64,000 nt of DNA from an uncultured Eubacteriales bacterium. Its GTDB lineage: Bacteria; Acidobacteriota; Aminicenantia; Aminicenantales; Aminicenantaceae. A program made the translations under genes and the position numbers. Position 1 is the stretch's first letter; every line of letters begins with the position of its first letter. The notes beneath the pieces are model-generated. The model worked only from the letters and a program-made list of their open reading frames with translations. It searched no databases and was not told the DNA's origin. Below are positions 54,066 to 61,200 of the stretch, in pieces. The stretch lies in NCBI GenBank assembly GCA_964435925.1, contig CAYTBG010000001.1:2331-66330 (forward strand). Direction: 5' to 3'.

Positions 54066-54829
54066 AAAACATATGGGCTATCTGCAAGAAAGAAATAAAA
54101 ACCTACTTCACCTCCCCTATTGCCTATGTGGCTATAACTGTGTTTCTGGTTCTGATAGGATTTTTCTTTTACAGTCTCATCTGGTGGTTTAATTCCCAAT
54201 CTCTTCAAATGGCACAAAATCCATCTTATTATCAGCAACTCAACATAAACCAGATGGTTTACTCTCCGCTCTTTCACAATATGAGCATTATCCTCCTCCT
54301 CATGGTACCTCTCCTCACCATGCACCTTTTCTCAGAAGAAAAGAGAAGACAGACTGATGAGTTGCTCTTCACCTCTCCTATTTCCGTTAACCAGATAATC
54401 CTTGGAAAATATTTTGCCTCTCTTTTTGTCCTGCTGGTGATGCTCTTTTTGACTGGAATCCTTTCCATTTTTGTTTTTGCTTACGGAAATCCAGAGCCTG
54501 CCCCCGTCCTGAACGGCTATCTCGGACTGTTCCTTATGGGAGCGGCTTTTATAGCTGTAGGAATTTTCTTCTCTTCTCTTACCGAAAACCAGATTGTCTC
54601 AGCAATTCTGACTTTCGGCGCTCTTCTTCTCTTCTGGATTCTGAACTGGGCTTCTTACTCAGCAGGAGGGATATGGAAGAGTGTCCTCAATTATCTTTCC
54701 TTTTTTCAGCACTTTGACGACATGACACGAGGAATTCTGGATACAACCGATCTCGTCTATTACCTCAGCTTCATCTTCCTCTGTCTTTTTCTAACTCACT
54801 CTGTCATTCAATCCAGAAGGTGGAGGTAA
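54062..54829 (+). CDS. ABC-2 type permease (GldF-like)
   Basis: Six predicted TM segments and a 4-nt overlap with the ATPase gene. Confidence 0.7.
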   Translation: MKNIWAICKKEIKTYFTSPIAYVAITVFLVLIGFFFYSLIWWFNSQSLQMAQNPSYYQQLNINQMVYSPLFHNMSIILLLMVPLLTMHLFSEEKRRQTDELLFTSPISVNQIILGKYFASLFVLLVMLFLTGILSIFVFAYGNPEPAPVLNGYLGLFLMGAAFIAVGIFFSSLTENQIVSAILTFGALLLFWILNWASYSAGGIWKSVLNYLSFFQHFDDMTRGILDTTDLVYYLSFIFLCLFLTHSVIQSRRWR

Positions 54830-54832
54830 AAA

Positions 54833-56389
54833 ATGGAAAAAATCAAACAATACCTGAATTACATAGCCCTAGCCCTGATATTCCTTTCTCTGGTCTCCCT
54901 TAGAATCTGGCCTTATAAAAAAACAATCGCCCTCGTCTTAGGGCTCTGTGGAATAGCCGCCTTAGCAGCATACATCATCCTAAATCTTTCTGTTCTCAAA
55001 CAAAGCTTTAAGCGAAAATCCTTCATCTATTCCGGCAACTTGATTTTTATTGTTGTCCTTGTCCTCGCTATTCTGGTTCTCATCAATTATTTCTTTTCCC
55101 ACCACCACCACAGGTTCGACTTTACCGAAGCAAAACTTCACAGTCTCTCTGACCAATCCATAAAAGTCTTGGAAAATTTGAAAGACGAGGTTAGTGCCTT
55201 ATGTTTCTTCCGTGAAGGAAACATCAGCCAGGCTAAAATGGAAAGCCTGTTGAAAATCTACAATTATCATTCCAAAAAAATAAAGTATGAATTTATCGAT
55301 CCTGACAAAAATCCAGGCATGATCAAAAGATATGACGTAACACAAGACGGAACAACCATCCTTGAGAGCGGAGATAAAGAAAGCCGCATAACTTCTTCAG
55401 ATGAAGAGGATATCACCAACGCCATCATCAAAATCTCAAGGGAAAAGAAAAAAGTGCTCTATTTTCTCGAAGGCCACGGCGAGGCAAGCATCGAAGTAAG
55501 TGAGGAGAAAGGCTATACTTTAGCTAAAGAAGAGTTAGAAAAACTAGCTTACGAAGTAAAAAAGCTGACTCTAGCTCTCTCTGATACTTTTCCCCAGGAT
55601 TGCTCTCTCCTCGTTATTCCCGGCGCTGAAAAGGACTTCTTTCCCAACGAACTGGAGACAATCCGAAACTACATAAGCGAGGGAGGCAGGGTCTTTTTAA
55701 TGGTCGATCCGGAGACTGCCCCAGGTCTTAAATCCTTCCTCACAGAATACGGGATTCAACTCGAAGATGACCTGATCGTGGATACTGTATCTCGCCTCAT
55801 GGGAGGAGATTATTTCATGCCCATGGTGAGTGAGTATGAATACCACCAGATCACGAGCAAATTCCGGTATGCAACCTTCTTCCCTTTTGCCCGCTCGGTG
55901 AGTGTAGCTGAGGAAAAACCAGAGGGAATCTCGGTAGACATCCTGGCCAAAACAAGCCCCAACTCATGGTCGGAAAGACAGCTCAAAGAGACGCAGGTGG
56001 CTTTCAATAAAGACAAAGATAAAGAAGGACCCATCTCTATTGCAGCAGTTGTGACCGTTGAGCCGAAGGAAGAAACAAAGGAAGAAAAAGAGACAGAAGA
56101 AACCGAGAAGATAAAACAAGAAGGTCGCCTGGCAGTTTTCGGTGATTCAGATTTCGCCACTAACCGCTATTTTAACTTCTCTGGCAACGGAAATTTCTTC
56201 CTGAATACAGTAAATTGGCTGACTGAAGAAGCAGATCTTATTTCCATACAGCCCAAAACTTCCTCTCCCCGGACGATTCACATGACTGCTACCCAGGGAA
56301 GAATACTCTTCTTCGTCTCCCTCATTATTCTTCCTCTTATCGTTCTTGTCACAGGAATTTCAGTTTGGGTAAGGAGAAGGTCCCTATGA
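54833..56389 (+). CDS. GldG-like ABC transporter auxiliary protein
   Basis: N- and C-terminal TM anchors flank a large soluble domain. LYFLEGHGE and AVFGDSDFATNRYF are GldG-family-like blocks. Confidence 0.6.
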   Translation: MEKIKQYLNYIALALIFLSLVSLRIWPYKKTIALVLGLCGIAALAAYIILNLSVLKQSFKRKSFIYSGNLIFIVVLVLAILVLINYFFSHHHHRFDFTEAKLHSLSDQSIKVLENLKDEVSALCFFREGNISQAKMESLLKIYNYHSKKIKYEFIDPDKNPGMIKRYDVTQDGTTILESGDKESRITSSDEEDITNAIIKISREKKKVLYFLEGHGEASIEVSEEKGYTLAKEELEKLAYEVKKLTLALSDTFPQDCSLLVIPGAEKDFFPNELETIRNYISEGGRVFLMVDPETAPGLKSFLTEYGIQLEDDLIVDTVSRLMGGDYFMPMVSEYEYHQITSKFRYATFFPFARSVSVAEEKPEGISVDILAKTSPNSWSERQLKETQVAFNKDKDKEGPISIAAVVTVEPKEETKEEKETEETEKIKQEGRLAVFGDSDFATNRYFNFSGNGNFFLNTVNWLTEEADLISIQPKTSSPRTIHMTATQGRILFFVSLIILPLIVLVTGISVWVRRRSL

Positions 56390-57780
56390 AATTCAAAACT
56401 ACGATCATTCTCTTTGCGGTTTTCATCGTTCTTCTGGCTTTTGTCTTATTCTTCGAATACAAAGGCATGGGTGAAAAGGATGAAGAGGAGAAACTCCTCG
56501 CCCTTTCTTCATACGATGTTGAGAAGATAACTTTTAAAAGAGAAGATGAATCCATCTCCTTCCAGAAAGACGAAGAAGGAGAATGGCTCATCACAGAACC
56601 CCTTGAAGCAAAAGCGGATAAGTACGAAGTCGACCGCCTTGCTGATGACTTCTCAGACCTCAGAATAGAGAGAGTTGTGGAGGAAGTGCCAGAGGAGATT
56701 GAAAAATATGGAATTCCTCAAAAGGAGATAAGTCTCTGGTTTAAAGACAAAGATAAGCCAATAAAAATCCTCATCGGCATGGAAAACCCCCTGGGCAACA
56801 CTTTTTTTGCCAAAAGGGAGGACGAAACAAAAGTTGTCCTCATCCCCAGCAGTCTTAAAAGTCTGATGGAGAAAAGTCTCTTTGATTTTCGCGAGAAAAA
56901 CATCTTTAAGTTTGAGACAGATGATGTAAAAAGTGTAAAACTCCGTGCAAAAAAAACTCGATGGGAAGCCTCGAAAAAAGGAGAGGAATGGTTTTTTAAA
57001 AATCCTGTCAATGCTCTTGCCAAATCAAGCAAAATCGATGATATTCTTTCCTCTCTATCTAGCCTAGAAGCAAAAGAGTTTGTCTCAGAAGAAAAGAAAA
57101 AGGACGATATAAAAAAGTACGATCTTAACCGCCCAGAATACGAAATCACTCTGGGTATGCCTCTTGAAAACCAGGAAGTGACATTTTCCCTCCATAAAGA
57201 AGAGGATAAACTTTATGCCACCACTTCCCTCTCCACCAAAATTGTCGAAGCAGAAGATTCCCTCCTCTCCGATTTAGAAAAGGAGGCAGAGGAATTAAGA
57301 GAAAAAAAAGTTGCCAGTTTCTACAGTTGGGAAGCAAACCGCCTTCATCTGAAGATAGGAGAGATAGATTGGGAGCTTGTAAAAGATGAGGAGGATAACT
57401 GGCACTTCGAATCTCCTATTAAAGAAGAAGCAAATAAAAGCAAAATTGAAACATTTATCCGCAAAATAGAAAGCCTTGAAGCCATAGAATTTATTGATCC
57501 TCCTTTGAGCTTGAAAGATTATGGCCTTGACAATCCTCAAGCTGAAATCAAAATCTGGGTGGAAGAGGATGAAGAAAAGGTTAAGGACATCATAGTGCTT
57601 ATCGGTACTGAAGACAAAGAATCAAAAAATGTCGCAGTGAAAAACGCCCGATTCGACTATCTTTTCCGGTTGGATTCAGTCTTTCTTGAAGAATTCCCCC
57701 AAGACATCAAAAATTGGAAACTAGAGAAAGAAGAGGAACAAGGGAAAGAAGAAGAGAAAGAAAAAGAGCTAAAAGAATAA
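56386..57780 (+). CDS. DUF4340-like protein with an acidic C-terminal tail
   Basis: N-terminal TM (TTIILFAVFIVLLAFVLFF) and repeated beta-rich modules. ATG 56386 follows aaggagaagg and overlaps the upstream stop (ATGA). This family commonly follows gldG-like genes. Confidence 0.6.
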   Translation: MKFKTTIILFAVFIVLLAFVLFFEYKGMGEKDEEEKLLALSSYDVEKITFKREDESISFQKDEEGEWLITEPLEAKADKYEVDRLADDFSDLRIERVVEEVPEEIEKYGIPQKEISLWFKDKDKPIKILIGMENPLGNTFFAKREDETKVVLIPSSLKSLMEKSLFDFREKNIFKFETDDVKSVKLRAKKTRWEASKKGEEWFFKNPVNALAKSSKIDDILSSLSSLEAKEFVSEEKKKDDIKKYDLNRPEYEITLGMPLENQEVTFSLHKEEDKLYATTSLSTKIVEAEDSLLSDLEKEAEELREKKVASFYSWEANRLHLKIGEIDWELVKDEEDNWHFESPIKEEANKSKIETFIRKIESLEAIEFIDPPLSLKDYGLDNPQAEIKIWVEEDEEKVKDIIVLIGTEDKESKNVAVKNARFDYLFRLDSVFLEEFPQDIKNWKLEKEEEQGKEEEKEKELKE

Positions 57781-57784
57781 AAAG

Positions 57785-57805
57785 AAAGACCATAAAGGTC
57801 TTTTT
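57785..57805 (+). terminator. rho-independent terminator candidate
   Basis: aaagacc-ataaa-ggtcttt followed by tt, 5 nt after the stop codon. Confidence 0.5.
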
Positions 57806-58087
57806 GATCTGATGGCTTCAACTCTTTAAGTCATAAATTCTCTTTTTTCCCAGATAGGAAAAAAATCCCTTTATTTTCTTCATAACAATCATCCATGGAG
57901 AAGACACAATCCATCGCTACACCACAACTCGTACCTAGAGAGAGTTTAGGCAATGAGTAAACCGGAAATTTTCACGTTGCTAAGATCCGGAAGTTTTTAC
58001 TTTGCCTTGACAATTTCGATATTTTTACTTGACATATAATTTTCTTCTGTGTTATTAATTTAGCACCTTTTGGGGAAAAGGAGGAAT

Positions 58088-58279
58088 ATGATCCCAAATC
58101 AGCAAAAATCGCAAATTATCATTAATAGAGAGCCTATTTCTCTAGAATTCAAAGACGTTCTCTGTTTTCAAAGCAGCTCAAGGGCTTTTTCTTCTTTCCT
58201 CCAAAATATCTTAATGCCCCTGGAAGTGTTTCGCTGTCCCAGGGGAATTAATAACTATATGCCAAAAATGGATACTTAA
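58088..58279 (+). CDS. hypothetical small protein (63 aa)
   Basis: ATG 58088 lies 5 nt after a strong AAGGAGG, and the ORF ends 13 nt before the giant ORF. No similarity recognised. Confidence 0.35.
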   Translation: MIPNQQKSQIIINREPISLEFKDVLCFQSSSRAFSSFLQNILMPLEVFRCPRGINNYMPKMDT

Positions 58280-58292
58280 TAAGGGGAGAATC

Positions 58293-61200
58293 ATGTCAAT
58301 ACGTCGTTTATCTTTCTTTTTATTGGTTGCTGTCTCATTTTTATTAGCAACCGGTATGCCAACAACATCATCTTCAAATGGCGACCCAACTCAAAGTTAT
58401 GGATTAATCGTCGGACGAAATGTGAACATGGTTTCAGGCACACAAGCGCCTCACGGCGATCCATACCTTCAACGCCAGAATGAGCCTTCGGTTGCTGTCT
58501 CCACTCGAAATCCGATGCATCTCCTCGCCGGTGCAAACGACTACCGCACGATCGATGTGCCTTATCAGGATGTTCTACCTGGGATGGAAGAAAACTTAGC
58601 GCAAATACGCGATGCCTGGGTGGGTGTATTCAAATCGTTCAACGGGGGTGAATCCTGGATAAGCACTCTTCTTCCAGGATATCCACAGGACACTTCTCCT
58701 GAAGGAACATCGTCACCTCTATACGGATACGATTTCGCCTGTGATCCGACCGTTCGCGCAGGAGCCAACGGCCTTTTCTATTACAGTGGTATCGCTGCCG
58801 ATAGAGCAGAGCGAGGAGCTGGAGTTGTCTTTGTTGCTCGATATATCGATAACAATAACAGTGAATTCCTGGATACAATAGAATACGTCGATACAAATAT
58901 CCCCGATCAAGGAAACTCGGGACAATTCATAGATATGCCGTATATAGCCGTTGATGTACCAAGAGACAGTGGCACGGTTACAATTAAAGGACAAGAAATT
59001 CCTGTAAGCAATGTTTATATCGCTTACAGCCTCTTTCCTGGGCATTCGAAAAAAAACGTTCGTAGTAAAATACTTTTTGCTAGGTCAACCGATTGTGGTA
59101 CCACCTGGAGCAAGCCCATCAAATTGAGCGAAAGCCAGCATATCCTTCAACGACCGACAATCGCCATTGATCCGAGTGATCCCACAGGCAACACAATTTA
59201 TGTCGCCTTCCGGCGGTTTGCTAAGGCGAATAAAAAAGGGAAGATAAATCAGCCCCATGCAATCATTATCCTCAAATCCACTGATAGAGGCCGAAAATTC
59301 ACTAAAGCCATTGAGGTTACTTCTTTCTATCCCTTCGATCAGGGATCATCCAACTTTTCCTTCCGCACAAACGCCTATCCATCTTTAACCGTTGACGGCA
59401 ATGGAATTGTCTATTTAGCCTGGGCACAAAGGATGAATGGACCAGAAGGATTTGCACGGCTTGTTATCGCAGCTTCTGAGGATGGATTAGACTGGCCTAC
59501 AGGGCAAATGAAATATGTCGAGCTTGACCATGCAGAAGAAGAGGTTAAAGGTCATCAGTTTATGCCCTCTTTAACCTACGCAGGTGGCAAGTTGATGCTG
59601 GCCTGGTATGACCAGCGTCATGATATTGCTCAGGATTATATTGGAGATCAAGCTTTTACTCCTTACATTGAAGACTCTCTTTGTCGCCATACGATCGACG
59701 TTCGCGTCGCTTATGGCACGCTAGGTCTGTATCCCTCATTTAGCCCCTCGAGACAGGTTTCTCGATACCTCTATACATTGTATGTAGACGAATACGGCAA
59801 CCCAATTGAAGATGGGGAAGGCAATTGGATAATCGACCAAGCTGAGTTTAATCCAATCAATTTCCCACTCTTCCAGCAGGGCACAACACCTTTCAGTGGT
59901 GACTGGATGGATGCTGCACCCTCTCCCTGGATTTTGCCTTCATCGAACGGACAATGGTCCTTTAATACAAGCCCGCTTCAGCCAACAACATCTCTAATGG
60001 TCTGGACTGATAACCGGGATGTGAATCCTCCTGGGGGTTTCTGGTGGGGAAATTGGCAAAATTATCCGGAGTGGCCCCTATACAACGCACCAAATTCTGA
60101 CGAAACTCCTCCGCGAGAACCTTGTTCGAATGATCTCAATACAGGAATGCGCAACCAGAATATCTATACTGCCAACATCAGCGATGGATTAATCGTCGGC
60201 TCACCCCAGAACACAAAGCAACTCGGCGTCCCATTCATTCAGCGTACGTTTGTCGTGTACGCAAATAACACAACTGCAGAGGAAAGATATTTTCAATTCA
60301 GGATCAATGAGCTTGGATCCGCAACTGCTTCTTTCGAACAAGAACTATATTCAAATGATCATAAGTTGAATGTGACGATTGCACCCTTATCATCCGCTTC
60401 TGTTACGGTCTTCGTTGATCCATATACTGGGGAAAATTCTACTGCCATCAGGATCGATGTTGTCGAAATGGATGTGTCAGGACCTTCTCCAGTTCCCGTT
60501 CCAGGTGGTCTTTATGGCTATGTTTTATTAAATCCTGATCCCACAAATCCTGGTGTAATCGATTATTCTGACCCCAATAATCCCGAATATTTAGGTGATG
60601 AATACCATAATCCCCGGGTTTGGGGTCCTCGCGTTTGGGGTTATGACCTTGGAAATGCAAGCGAGCTCAACCCTCGCGTCCAAGGACCCCGCGTTCAGGG
60701 TTTTTCCCCTATCAACACAGGTTTTATCAACCCGCGCGTCCAGGGCGAAGATCCTCTCAACCCACGTGTCCAAGGTCCTCGAGTCTGGGGTCCCCGCGTC
60801 CAAGGCCCCCGCGTGCAAGGTATCAACATCCTAAACCAGGGTATTATTAATCCCCGTGTACAAGGCCCCCGCGTTCAGGGCACAGCTCTAACTGACGTCA
60901 CCTATCCTATAGTGAATGACGGCAACACCACCTCAGCTTACAGTATCAATGTCCGCTCACTTTTCGCCAAAGATTTTGATGAAGGAAAATTAATAGCCCA
61001 GCTTCTCATCTATAAGGTCCACACTTCCCCTGTTTCTGATGGTTGTGAGCTGAAACAGGTACACTATGATAAACTCGTCGCTAACATATACAATCCCCGC
61101 GTCCAAGGCCCCCGCGTTCAGGGTAGCGCCCCAACAAGCAGAGCAACAAGCCAGAGTGTTGGGGATTGGCAAATCCCAGAGCCTACGATCTACCTAGAGC

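Noticed and set aside
58007-58040. Promoter for the giant gene (TTGACA at 58007 and again at 58029, TATAAT at 58035).
   Set aside because: The spacing is wrong for both -35 boxes (22 nt and 0 nt to the TATAAT). This is possibly coincidence in AT-rich DNA.
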